64,000 bases of DNA from the sequence record PP456877.1; one strand, given 5' to 3'. Positions 40,216 to 56,495 of the stretch are shown here, piece after piece; the stretch's first letter is position 1, and every line of letters starts with the position of its first letter. The notes under the pieces were generated by a model. The model was not told the DNA's origin, made no database searches, and worked only from the letters and a program-made list of their open reading frames with translations. Made by a program: the position numbers and the translations under genes.

Positions 40216-42531
40216 TTATGGACCAGTGGGTGGAGTTGGTTCAATATGTTTCACACGTGTACCCCTGCCATTCCATAATAAGGAGTTATCAGGTGAATCT
40301 CCCCAGAACATGACTTGATTCAAAGTATTTACTGTCACAGTGAAATTATGCCCTGCTGCCAATTGAATATATGGTCCAGCATGATCATCTACGTCACATT
40401 GTCCATCATCGTTATTTCCGAAGAAAGCGATTTGGCCATCACCATACATCACAGTGTAATGTGTGTACAATCCTGATACACCACCAATTGGGTTACTATT
40501 TACATTAGCAGTTACATCGTTACCACGTCCATCAAACCATAATGGCGAGATAACCGTAAAGGATGTATCATTACCATTGCGGATGATTTCCATGACATGT
40601 ACTTTACTAGATTCAGATGTGTAATCCTCAGGAGCAACTAATGGGTCTATTGAATGCATGATGATGTGGGTGCAACCAATTGACATTGAATCAATAACAT
40701 GATTCAATGGTTTAATTGTGTTGTTAACAAAATCATTAAAAGCACTAACGAAGCTTGGGATACCATAAGCTGTATATACATAGTCAGCACTGCTAGCCGG
40801 ACCTATGTTTACAACAACCGTCATTTCACCAGGATAGGTATCTTCGGTATTGGTAAATAGAGCCCATGGTTTATTAGCAGCAGGTACTAATAGTTCAGAT
40901 GTGCCACCTTTAACACAACGATAAAGATCTTGGTGCTCAAATATAGCTGATTCGCCTGTTGAACTAAAGATGAACTTACCTGTTAACATATACAGAGATG
41001 TTTTATTCGCCCAGATACTTGAAGGAATATTCCCATCTATAGGTGCAGTCCATTCTACTGGAATTGGTATCATCTCATCGACTTTTGTTTCATCGATACA
41101 TGCTGACTTGGCTACGCCATTTTCTACCCAATACTGACCATATCGGTGAGATACCCAGGATTCCTGAGCATATCCTAAACGCTCTGGTATAACAGCATAA
41201 GGGTTAGCTGGTGATTTAGGATGAACTACACAGTCATCTCTGACAATTGTACAATCCCACCAACTATTAAATCCAGCATAAGCATGGAAACCTGCCGTGA
41301 CACCTTGAATTAATTCCATTCGGTCATATTCACTAGTATCATCCACAATAACTGGTAATGTATCTATCTTTAATTGTACATCATCCCAGTTAGCGTTATA
41401 GCCGGCTGCCATCCTTTCAATATCACCGAATGATGGGAATTCATCTTTCCATTGCTCAGGTGTTAATCCACCAAAGGTAGAAGCATCACCACCACCTAGT
41501 CCTGCCAGTAGTTGATCAACTTGTGTTTTAGTATATGCATTAACCTGGTCGGCAGTTACAACGTGTGGGTTATTTTCATTACTAATATGTTGATTAAGTT
41601 TCTCTTCTAGTTCATTAATTCTAGAAGCATCACCAATCTGACTATAGAGAATAGATGCAGTATAAGGTGTTAATAATACCGAATCATTAGTTACATCTAC
41701 CGCGGTAGTTGGTGTTGCAGCTGGGTAGTTAGGAACATTACCTAAATTAATATCAGCTGCTGTTAGACCGTGTACGTTACCCCTAGCCGCTATGTGGGCA
41801 TTAAGCGGATTTACGGCAAACTTATTAACTAATGCTAATGTACCACGTGGGTTCGTAAATAGATCATTACGATTAGCATCTAAATGCTGTTGATCACTTG
41901 CCATTGCATAGTTTGGAACTAGTGACAAGCCAACTTGTGCTTTAGTTACCCTGTGTGGGTTATTATAATCATGAATATGTTGGTCAGTTGTACCGGCAGC
42001 CGCAGCACGGATAGCTTCTATAATCCCTTCGATACCTTCAAGAATCTCTTTACTACCTACTAATGAATCAATAGGTTGATTGTGTTCTAAAGGTGGGAAA
42101 GAAGCAGGTAATGGACCAATTGCACCCCATGACCGAATCAAGGGGTTATACTGTTTGCGTGCAAGCTCAGCCAGGATCTGCTGATTACTAAATCCCCATT
42201 GCCCACCTATTGTACGATAATCCATACCAATCATAGCGTTTATCGAACGCTTCATGATACGTATAGATCCAGCGATAGGTCTACCTATCGATTCCATAGC
42301 TTCAATAAACCAATGCCCAATAAGGTAATCAACACCTTCTACATAAGTCTGATTGGTCAGTGGGTTAAATAGTCGTAATGAATCTACAAAGAAAGGTGCA
42401 GCAAATGGTATAATGAAATAATAATCATCACCATCTGGTACCTGGAGAGTTTGGCGCTCACCTTTAATAAAGTTCTGGGGATTTGTTCCATTGGGGTCGA
42501 ATGGATATAACCCAGTTTCACCGTGGGCCAT
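40216..42531 (-). CDS. Tail tip/baseplate fibre protein (gp131-like)
   Basis: 771 aa; YPFDPNGTNP N-domain, three NPH-type repeats, beta-propeller/RCC1-like C-terminus (GQCDV...QLAAGHNFTV). Confidence 0.8.
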   Translation of the reverse strand: MAHGETGLYPFDPNGTNPQNFIKGERQTLQVPDGDDYYFIIPFAAPFFVDSLRLFNPLTNQTYVEGVDYLIGHWFIEAMESIGRPIAGSIRIMKRSINAMIGMDYRTIGGQWGFSNQQILAELARKQYNPLIRSWGAIGPLPASFPPLEHNQPIDSLVGSKEILEGIEGIIEAIRAAAAGTTDQHIHDYNNPHRVTKAQVGLSLVPNYAMASDQQHLDANRNDLFTNPRGTLALVNKFAVNPLNAHIAARGNVHGLTAADINLGNVPNYPAATPTTAVDVTNDSVLLTPYTASILYSQIGDASRINELEEKLNQHISNENNPHVVTADQVNAYTKTQVDQLLAGLGGGDASTFGGLTPEQWKDEFPSFGDIERMAAGYNANWDDVQLKIDTLPVIVDDTSEYDRMELIQGVTAGFHAYAGFNSWWDCTIVRDDCVVHPKSPANPYAVIPERLGYAQESWVSHRYGQYWVENGVAKSACIDETKVDEMIPIPVEWTAPIDGNIPSSIWANKTSLYMLTGKFIFSSTGESAIFEHQDLYRCVKGGTSELLVPAANKPWALFTNTEDTYPGEMTVVVNIGPASSADYVYTAYGIPSFVSAFNDFVNNTIKPLNHVIDSMSIGCTHIIMHSIDPLVAPEDYTSESSKVHVMEIIRNGNDTSFTVISPLWFDGRGNDVTANVNSNPIGGVSGLYTHYTVMYGDGQIAFFGNNDDGQCDVDDHAGPYIQLAAGHNFTVTVNTLNQVMFWGDSPDNSLLWNGRGTRVKHIEPTPPTGP

Positions 42532-42628
42532 GGTTGCCCTCCTTTAATAAAACGCTATTGCGCAATTTGTTAGCGTAATGATGTGAAATTCACATAGGAT
42601 TGTCCAATCATTCCATGGAGACTAATAG

Positions 42629-43912
<1,284 letters not shown>

Positions 43913-43915
43913 CGT

Positions 43916-43947
43916 CATAAGCCCTCCCATTACGGGAGGGCATTATG
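43916..43947. terminator. Bidirectional hairpin terminator
   Basis: CATAa-GCCCTCCC-attac-GGGAGGGC-aTTATG. Confidence 0.8.
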
Positions 43948-43961
43948 TTGTTTAGAAATTA

Positions 43962-46652
<2,691 letters not shown>

Positions 46653-46672
46653 CTAAATTTTAAAGTGAGTAA

Positions 46673-48853
<2,181 letters not shown>

Positions 48854-48860
48854 GGAGCGA

Positions 48861-49736
<876 letters not shown>

Positions 49737-49744
49737 GGTGTGTA

Positions 49745-50188
49745 ATGGCTGATACAAGAGCTGAATTAGTAGCTGCTTGGAATGTGGCTAATAAACCTAA
49801 AGATAATAATGGTAAGCCTAGGGATTTAACTGTTGATGATGTTGAATTTATAGGGACTGATACATTCTTAGCAACTGGTACAAATGCCAAAACAACAATG
49901 AGAGCGAAGACCAGTTCACTTTATTTTAAAGGTGAGACAGTTATTTACTTTAATAGACGCTCTTTACCAGAGTACTGTCTTGGTATAAAAGTACCGGGTA
50001 AACCAACTGACTATACTGATAATTTAGAAGTAGCTGAAAAATTAAGAGATGTTTACGGTATTCCATTTATTATAGATGAGATACAACCGCAACCTATTAC
50101 TGGGAATACGGTTACGATACATCCATACTTTAATAACTTGTCGTGGATACCAACAATACCAGTAACTCTTGAATTTGAAAGTAGTTAA
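49745..50188 (+). CDS. Virion structural protein (gp126-like)
   Basis: 147 aa; YFNRRSL motif. Confidence 0.72.
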   Translation: MADTRAELVAAWNVANKPKDNNGKPRDLTVDDVEFIGTDTFLATGTNAKTTMRAKTSSLYFKGETVIYFNRRSLPEYCLGIKVPGKPTDYTDNLEVAEKLRDVYGIPFIIDEIQPQPITGNTVTIHPYFNNLSWIPTIPVTLEFESS

Positions 50189-50205
50189 ATAAAAAAAAAT
50201 AAAGA

Positions 50206-50238
50206 CATAGCCCCTCTCCATGCGGAGAGGGGTTTATG
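50206..50238. terminator. Bidirectional hairpin terminator
   Basis: CATAg-CCCCTCTCC-atgc-GGAGAGGGG-TTTATG. Confidence 0.8.
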
Positions 50239-50252
50239 CCATTACTTAATTA

Positions 50253-50885
50253 TTACCATTCAACCTTAAATTCACCGCATTTAAATGACAGTTTATTAGA
50301 TCGATGATCTCGCCCAAACCAACATCCTTCCTTGGTAACTGCATCTGCGATTTGTGGTTTAACCATATTGTTTTTGTATGATTCACGAAGTGCAGTATAT
50401 AGGGCTTTATGACATGTTTCGAAGAATACCTTATTAATAGGATTCTTATCATTAACTCGTGCTAGTGAATGTTTATCAAGAAGAGTGTGCATTCCAATTG
50501 AATACTTCTGGATAGTTTCTAGATCTTTCTTAAGCGCCCAGATACCATAAGTTACTTTTAGAGAAGTATTAGCTTTGGTTGATGGAATAAATGCTGATGG
50601 GTCATCAATCATTGGTGCTAATTGCTCAGTGGAATATGGATTATAAGAAAGATATTGTTGGCCATCCCAAATATACATATCCATTGTATCTTGAACGACA
50701 TATAGAACTAGAACTTTACCATTTGCCGGTAGATCACATTTTGTATTTACTTCTACAGTGTCATTAAAATCTGGTTTATAGTTACTATAACTATTCATCA
50801 ATACCACATCATCGAATAGTCCTGCCATATTCACCGTATTTTTGTTTAGTAATTCTTTAAAGAATTTATTCATTTTAGCTAGCAT
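50253..50885 (-). CDS. Hypothetical protein (gp125-like)
   Basis: 210 aa; AAGGAG RBS. Confidence 0.75.
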   Translation of the reverse strand: MLAKMNKFFKELLNKNTVNMAGLFDDVVLMNSYSNYKPDFNDTVEVNTKCDLPANGKVLVLYVVQDTMDMYIWDGQQYLSYNPYSTEQLAPMIDDPSAFIPSTKANTSLKVTYGIWALKKDLETIQKYSIGMHTLLDKHSLARVNDKNPINKVFFETCHKALYTALRESYKNNMVKPQIADAVTKEGCWFGRDHRSNKLSFKCGEFKVEW

Positions 50886-50939
50886 TGTATTACTCCTTTT
50901 TTACAATATTTGATTAAACTATACATTACTCATAAATAA

Positions 50940-50957
50940 GCCCCTCCGAAGAGGGGC
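50940..50957 (-). terminator. Hairpin terminator
   Basis: GCCCCTC-cgaa-GAGGGGC; UUCG loop on the minus strand. Confidence 0.75.
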
Positions 50958-50965
50958 TTTCATGC

Positions 50966-53131
50966 TTATTTGATAAGCTTAAGTAGAACAGCATTATCAA
51001 CAAGAGCGCCACGAATAACTTGTAGATAAGATCCATCAGCAGTGATAATGTACATTTTGTGGGTACGTGCATCATCTGAATCTTTAGAGCTATTTAGACG
51101 CTTTGCCATTCCCATGATTACTTGAGTAATCTTAGGTTCAGTAAGTTTACTGATAAGCACTGCTTTCTCGGTATAAATATTTAGGCAGGATAGTTCCTCA
51201 AGGCGCCAGCCAGTTTGGAAACGCACTGATAGATCTAGAATAGAATTACCTTCTTCTGGATCAATATTAACACACATACTCCGTCCAACAATAAACGGAA
51301 TACTAGCGGTAAATTTATCAGCTACTGACTTACCCTTCTTACCGATCAGATATGCGATAAGGTCACCGATATCTTCACAGAAGTCATCAATGGTTACCTT
51401 CTGACTCATTGAATCAGCCAGGAACTCATTAACTGCACTGGTGAGCCTTTCAACTAGGAACCGATAGTAGCGTTGAGCCAGCTTACCATCTAGCATTAGT
51501 TGCTTAAGGCGCTTTGCAATTAGATGCGGATCGGGTTCTTTTCGAATATCCTCGATCTCATACATGACTTCAGTTGAAGCATCAAATGGATGGGATGATG
51601 CTGCGCGATACTCATGTGCTGGAACTACATCATCTTCGCTTAGCTCAAGTGCTTCACGAACTGCATTGAGTGCACCAGCTTCTGCTTCAAGATTATTTGC
51701 ACAAGCAATATAACCTTCTAGGATAACTGGATCATGTTCACGATTATCAGTTAACCCAGCATCATTTGGTGAAAACTCTTCGGCTACTTCTTTAACCGGT
51801 TTGGCATCACCCATAATGGTAGATAGCTTATAACTGGTTGCAGTACGCGCACCACCACCACGATGTGCTTGACGACGGAGATCATCTTGAAGCTCATGCT
51901 TTAGATAATCCATTTCCATGTGATTCTCCCACTTACGATATACTTCATGTACAGTGTTATCAGGCCATTTAGCAAGGAAGCGACAATATACTGCCGGATC
52001 CATTAGGATGCTGTATGGATTAGCTGAACTAGCAGTACGTACCCAATCAGGTTTATCTGCAACTAGATGAGCAGGTCGGATTTCAATGCCACCTGGATTA
52101 TAGATAACATCCATCGGACGATCTTTATTAATTACAAATCCATTGGGTACATAATAGTTCGGATCGAATACGAGTTCTTTCACATCTTGAGGGATGGGTA
52201 GATCCGTATTATCATTAGTTACAGTATTTGCATTTTGTTGTAGTTCAGGTAGAATCATTACATCACCTCCACCAGGGATTGTATCATAACTACTATTTGG
52301 AGATACTTCAACAGTGGCACCCCAAGAGTCTTTAGGTTGCATGACTGGTTTGTTTTCCAGGAAAGGAGAAGAACCAGGTACGTCATATGCAGCATTTGCA
52401 ATTGATGGACCAGTGTCATGATTAGTTGTTGGTGTATATGCCCCTGGAATGTTCAGCTGCGGATTAGCCATGGTAGCCGGTTGACCATAGGTCTGTTGGA
52501 TACCTGCGTTAATTGGAGGTAGTTGTGAACTCATGCCAGGACGACCCATTGCTGCACCCATTCCAGGGAAACTTCCAGGCTGTACACCAGGTTGTTGATA
52601 TCCACCCTGCATCATGGTGTTACCACCCATACGCATCTTTTGGATATCTGATTCAATCTGCCCGATTACACCAAGTGCCTGTTGGATATTCGGCATTAGA
52701 TGTTGAACTAGACTTTGTAGCTGCGGGAAGGTTTGAGCACATTTACCAACAAAACCAGACCATACTAGAGATGCAGCTTGCTGCATTGCCTGCTGTGGGT
52801 TATTCACCATTTGACGATGAATAAATAGAAACTCTAGAAAGTCAATAACTTTCTGAGCCCACTGCTGATAATAGTTATTCTGAAAACCATTACTAGATAG
52901 CAGATTATACGCAAATGCATGAAGCTGGGTGGTAGTAGCAGCATTTTGAGCATTCAGCCGGAACAGCCCAATTACACCATTGAAATATGGTTGTAGTTGA
53001 GGATGTTGTTGATGTGGTGATAACTGTAGCGGTAGGCTAAACAGATAATTCCCATTAGGTAGGTTAGGATCGAAAGTACTGGTATCTACACTCTCAAAAT
53101 CGACAGGTAGATTGTACTGTGCATAGTTCAT
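50966..53131 (-). CDS. Large protein with Q/P/G/M-rich disordered region (gp124-like)
   Basis: 721 aa; low-complexity segment about aa 165-260. Confidence 0.8.
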   Translation of the reverse strand: MNYAQYNLPVDFESVDTSTFDPNLPNGNYLFSLPLQLSPHQQHPQLQPYFNGVIGLFRLNAQNAATTTQLHAFAYNLLSSNGFQNNYYQQWAQKVIDFLEFLFIHRQMVNNPQQAMQQAASLVWSGFVGKCAQTFPQLQSLVQHLMPNIQQALGVIGQIESDIQKMRMGGNTMMQGGYQQPGVQPGSFPGMGAAMGRPGMSSQLPPINAGIQQTYGQPATMANPQLNIPGAYTPTTNHDTGPSIANAAYDVPGSSPFLENKPVMQPKDSWGATVEVSPNSSYDTIPGGGDVMILPELQQNANTVTNDNTDLPIPQDVKELVFDPNYYVPNGFVINKDRPMDVIYNPGGIEIRPAHLVADKPDWVRTASSANPYSILMDPAVYCRFLAKWPDNTVHEVYRKWENHMEMDYLKHELQDDLRRQAHRGGGARTATSYKLSTIMGDAKPVKEVAEEFSPNDAGLTDNREHDPVILEGYIACANNLEAEAGALNAVREALELSEDDVVPAHEYRAASSHPFDASTEVMYEIEDIRKEPDPHLIAKRLKQLMLDGKLAQRYYRFLVERLTSAVNEFLADSMSQKVTIDDFCEDIGDLIAYLIGKKGKSVADKFTASIPFIVGRSMCVNIDPEEGNSILDLSVRFQTGWRLEELSCLNIYTEKAVLISKLTEPKITQVIMGMAKRLNSSKDSDDARTHKMYIITADGSYLQVIRGALVDNAVLLKLIK

Positions 53132-53166
53132 GTGAATAATACCTATTAAGTAGTTAAAGATTTAAT

Positions 53167-54798
53167 TTATTTTGCACGGAACATTAATTGAGCGTTGTCA
53201 ATTATTTCACGCACTTCTTCACGACGTTCAACTAGTCCAGTTGGACCCACTTTGGTATACATATTAAGCCTACCTCGACCATCCGGGTTGTTCTTAGGTT
53301 GGTTTTTATATTGACCTACCTCAGCAATAGATGCGTGAATAATCCTAGATGAGTCATTGATTAGAGACTTATTATGAGCCTTAGCTGTTTTAGCGCGATC
53401 CTGTGTAACTAGGATAGATGTCCCTTTAATCAACATACTGGAGTTTGGATTACTCATTGTATCGAGTTCACCATGGTCCACTGTTAATCGTTTAATAGCT
53501 GTCTGTAGTTTAAAAGAACGTTTTAAACCTTCGTTTAGCTCTTGTACAGTCCATTCACGATCACGCCTAGACTGGAACATATAACCAAACATACTTACAG
53601 CATAGTTAAACTCTGACATCAAGTAATGCAGTACTGTTAACCTTTTACCATACATACTAGTTTCATCAATATCAGTAGCATAAAGATGATGAGCCAAACT
53701 AGTCATGATCTCGTAAAGAAGTTCCCAAATAGTACTTACATTGACACCAACTGTTTTAAGTTCTTCAATAGTCATTTCGTCTAGTGAATTACAGAAACTG
53801 TGTAGGTGTGAATCAATGTTTTCCTCTACTTTACCTTGGTGCTCAAAATCACCAAACACCATGTGACCTAGGATAACACGCCATAAGTTGGTACTATCTA
53901 CATATTCAGGTCGAGTAAACCGCATTGGAAATGCATCGACCACATACCAGAAACCAGCGATAAGTCGTGTGGCAAAAATAGATTCTTGATGACGAGGTAT
54001 AACAAGAACCATTTCACCGGTGGGATGTTTGCCTTTTAATGTTGCACTGGAATAAATATTCCACTTTTCACGTGGATATTCTTCTTCAGGAAAATCAGAC
54101 AGCAGTCCACACTTAACATCTACATTAGCCCATTGTTTGAAAGTTTGAGTTACTCCAAACTGACAGAAGAAATAATGAGCTAAACATGACTCAATATGTG
54201 GTCGATTATCCAGATCTCGTTTAGTACGCTTAGCCATTTCATTGTGAATCTGTGACCAGATCACATACATGATTTTACGCTGACCATTGCACATGTAATG
54301 GTGGTCAGTTTGTTTAAAGGTTAGCTTAGTACGACGAAACGGGATGAAGATGCTATCATTAAGTACAGAGAACCCAACATCAGTTAATACTGGTGAACCG
54401 ATATATTTCGCACCATTGATAGTTACCATATTGCCTCTCTTAAAAGCTGGTAACAACATTGGACGAGGATAAAGCATTTCCCCTTTATAACTAAACATTA
54501 GGTCAATCATGTACATGTCAGTTGGAGCAATATTGGCAATACGCTTAGCATTATATTCCCGAGTAATCTCTTCAAAATGCTTAAGCGGTGTACATGCACG
54601 ATTGCCTTCATATTTGAAGCCATCGGGAAATAGAACTGAACTGATATCAAATAAAGAATCAATATAACGCCTGGTCATATTAACACCAGTATTTGGATCA
54701 CGAGTCATGGTGTGTTCGACTGTGATACCATTTGCTAGTGTTGGATTCATGCAAGGCGTATTTTCACGAATCTTTTCAATTAGAAATGGATCCGGCAT
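53167..54798 (-). CDS. rpoB: Non-virion RNA polymerase beta-like N-terminal subunit (gp123-like)
   Basis: 543 aa; LPAFKRGNMVTINGAKY...PVL resembles the beta motif G.FIING.ERV; size and position match phiKZ gp123. Confidence 0.8.
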   Translation of the reverse strand: MPDPFLIEKIRENTPCMNPTLANGITVEHTMTRDPNTGVNMTRRYIDSLFDISSVLFPDGFKYEGNRACTPLKHFEEITREYNAKRIANIAPTDMYMIDLMFSYKGEMLYPRPMLLPAFKRGNMVTINGAKYIGSPVLTDVGFSVLNDSIFIPFRRTKLTFKQTDHHYMCNGQRKIMYVIWSQIHNEMAKRTKRDLDNRPHIESCLAHYFFCQFGVTQTFKQWANVDVKCGLLSDFPEEEYPREKWNIYSSATLKGKHPTGEMVLVIPRHQESIFATRLIAGFWYVVDAFPMRFTRPEYVDSTNLWRVILGHMVFGDFEHQGKVEENIDSHLHSFCNSLDEMTIEELKTVGVNVSTIWELLYEIMTSLAHHLYATDIDETSMYGKRLTVLHYLMSEFNYAVSMFGYMFQSRRDREWTVQELNEGLKRSFKLQTAIKRLTVDHGELDTMSNPNSSMLIKGTSILVTQDRAKTAKAHNKSLINDSSRIIHASIAEVGQYKNQPKNNPDGRGRLNMYTKVGPTGLVERREEVREIIDNAQLMFRAK

Positions 54799-54807
54799 TA
54801 TAAACTC

Positions 54808-55890
54808 CTAAACTTTTGGCAAAATTAAATCCATCAGTGAACCTACAATTTTAATGGATGATACTAGATCAGAGGCAATGGAGTTTAGATCACCCCATTT
54901 TAGACCATGAATCAATACAACATCTTTTGGTTTGAATTCTTTATCAAACGTACCAGCTGCTTTTTCCTGGGCTTCCCTTTCCTTAATATCAGCCGCTGTT
55001 AAGAGTGCAGTCTTAAGACGTTCAATAACTTTCTTATCTTTAATTCCAACCATTGCAGCAGCTTCTTCATGTGTTCTAAAGAAACCATTTTCATGGAACT
55101 GTTCAGGAGGTATTACATATCTCTTTTCGCCATTATGACTAATACATCCATGCTTACCACGGATATTAACAATAAGACCAGGATCTAATGATGGATTGTA
55201 GATTGACTCAATGGCCATAATTCTGCCAGCCATTACATAAAACAATTTATCTGGTTTATTGATGTCAGTATTATACGTTAAAGAATATGTTTCATTCCAT
55301 ACTTGATTAGAAAGTGCTTCTTCTTCTGGACTAAGTCCGCTGTAACCAGGAGGACTAATATTTCTATTTGGATAAAATTCAAAATACTGACTATACTCAG
55401 TTTTAAATACTTGGATACCTAAACTCTGAATCCAACCGCCATGATATTGATCTACTAGTTTTGATAAGTCAATTGAATACCAAATAGTAATCTCAGATAG
55501 CTGGTTATTAAACTGATCGAATGTCTGTCGACTAAATGACTGAATATATTCTAACATTTCCTCAGGTGTAAAACCTGGAATAGATTTAGCCATAACTTCA
55601 TAGTTAAAACTATCATCACCACTCCATCGGTAAATGACCTTAACCACTAGTCTATTAGACATTACATACTTACGGGATGTCCCAATATTGATAGCGTGAC
55701 CAGATGAATCGACTACAGTAATACGATGAAATGATTCATTCCGATACTCAACAAAACGTGAGACAGGGAGATTCCAATTAGCGTATGGATCACCCTTAGT
55801 GTATGCAGTTCCCGATTTCTTATCATACGGGTGATCGATAGTAGGCTTAACTGATACTTGAGTAAGCCCCGCAATTTTTAATGTTACCAT
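54808..55890 (-). CDS. Hypothetical protein (gp122-like)
   Basis: 360 aa; AAGGT RBS. Confidence 0.78.
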   Translation of the reverse strand: MVTLKIAGLTQVSVKPTIDHPYDKKSGTAYTKGDPYANWNLPVSRFVEYRNESFHRITVVDSSGHAINIGTSRKYVMSNRLVVKVIYRWSGDDSFNYEVMAKSIPGFTPEEMLEYIQSFSRQTFDQFNNQLSEITIWYSIDLSKLVDQYHGGWIQSLGIQVFKTEYSQYFEFYPNRNISPPGYSGLSPEEEALSNQVWNETYSLTYNTDINKPDKLFYVMAGRIMAIESIYNPSLDPGLIVNIRGKHGCISHNGEKRYVIPPEQFHENGFFRTHEEAAAMVGIKDKKVIERLKTALLTAADIKEREAQEKAAGTFDKEFKPKDVVLIHGLKWGDLNSIASDLVSSIKIVGSLMDLILPKV

Positions 55891-56299
55891 TGAAATCTAC
55901 CTTAATCACAACGGCCTCCAAATCTACAATGTTGGGGAGCCTCTTTTTAGTTTGATGTACGGACCTTCCCTTAAAGGATTCACTCTTTTCCTTATTACTT
56001 GACTTCTGCCATTTATGCGGGTCACTCGAACAATATAACTTTTCGGTGGCCCGCTTAAACTGTTTTTCTTGAGGGATCTCCTCAGTGTTTTTCTTGGCAT
56101 AATCTGTAATAAAGTCCTCTAGCCCTTTGGGCATAAAGGCATCCTGAACAGGATGGAATTCTTCAAAGAAAGTATTAATGTATTTATCATCATCTACGGT
56201 AGACATCTTATTATCTACCATGGTATTTTTTTCTATAAGAGATACCCTCAGGGCATCCTGCCATCTTTCGATGACTTCTGGAAATAATTGAACGTTCAT
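55847..56299 (-). CDS. Early hypothetical protein (gp121-like)
   Basis: 150 aa; first gene after the early promoter at 56341. Confidence 0.7.
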   Translation of the reverse strand: MNVQLFPEVIERWQDALRVSLIEKNTMVDNKMSTVDDDKYINTFFEEFHPVQDAFMPKGLEDFITDYAKKNTEEIPQEKQFKRATEKLYCSSDPHKWQKSSNKEKSESFKGRSVHQTKKRLPNIVDLEAVVIKVDFNGNIKNCGAYSSIS

Positions 56300-56340
56300 T
56301 TGGATTAACCTATTTTTAAATTAGAAGATCATGATCATTA

Positions 56341-56376
56341 CTGTAATATAGATCTTAAACTTTTTTTAATGTAATA
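56341..56376 (-). promoter_or_regulatory. phiKZ-type early promoter for the gp121-gp124 block
   Basis: TATATTAC motif; 35/36 identical to 4634-4669. Confidence 0.8.
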
Positions 56377-56379
56377 CAA

Positions 56380-56410
56380 CATAAAGCCCTCCCCGAAGGG
56401 AGGGCCTATG
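56380..56410 (-). terminator. Capsid operon terminator
   Basis: Minus strand reads GCCCTCCC-ttcg-GGGAGGGC-tTTATG. Confidence 0.82.
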
Positions 56411-56414
56411 TCTG

Positions 56415-56495
56415 TTACTATTCTAACTTCCGGGCATTACCGTCTTCCAAATAACGGATAGTCCCATTTTCTAGATAACGGTAACCCTTTCCAGC
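56415..56495 (-). other. Putative UGA-readthrough extension of the major capsid protein (25 codons, then UAG UAA)
   Basis: In frame after TGA at 56496-56498: AGKGYRYLENGTIRYLEDGNARKLE**. Confidence 0.7.

Noticed and set aside
35632-42531. Diversity-generating retroelement or invertible tail-fibre cassette
   Set aside because: There is no reverse transcriptase or invertase. The repeats are diverged at all bases rather than A-specific, and all genes are co-oriented.
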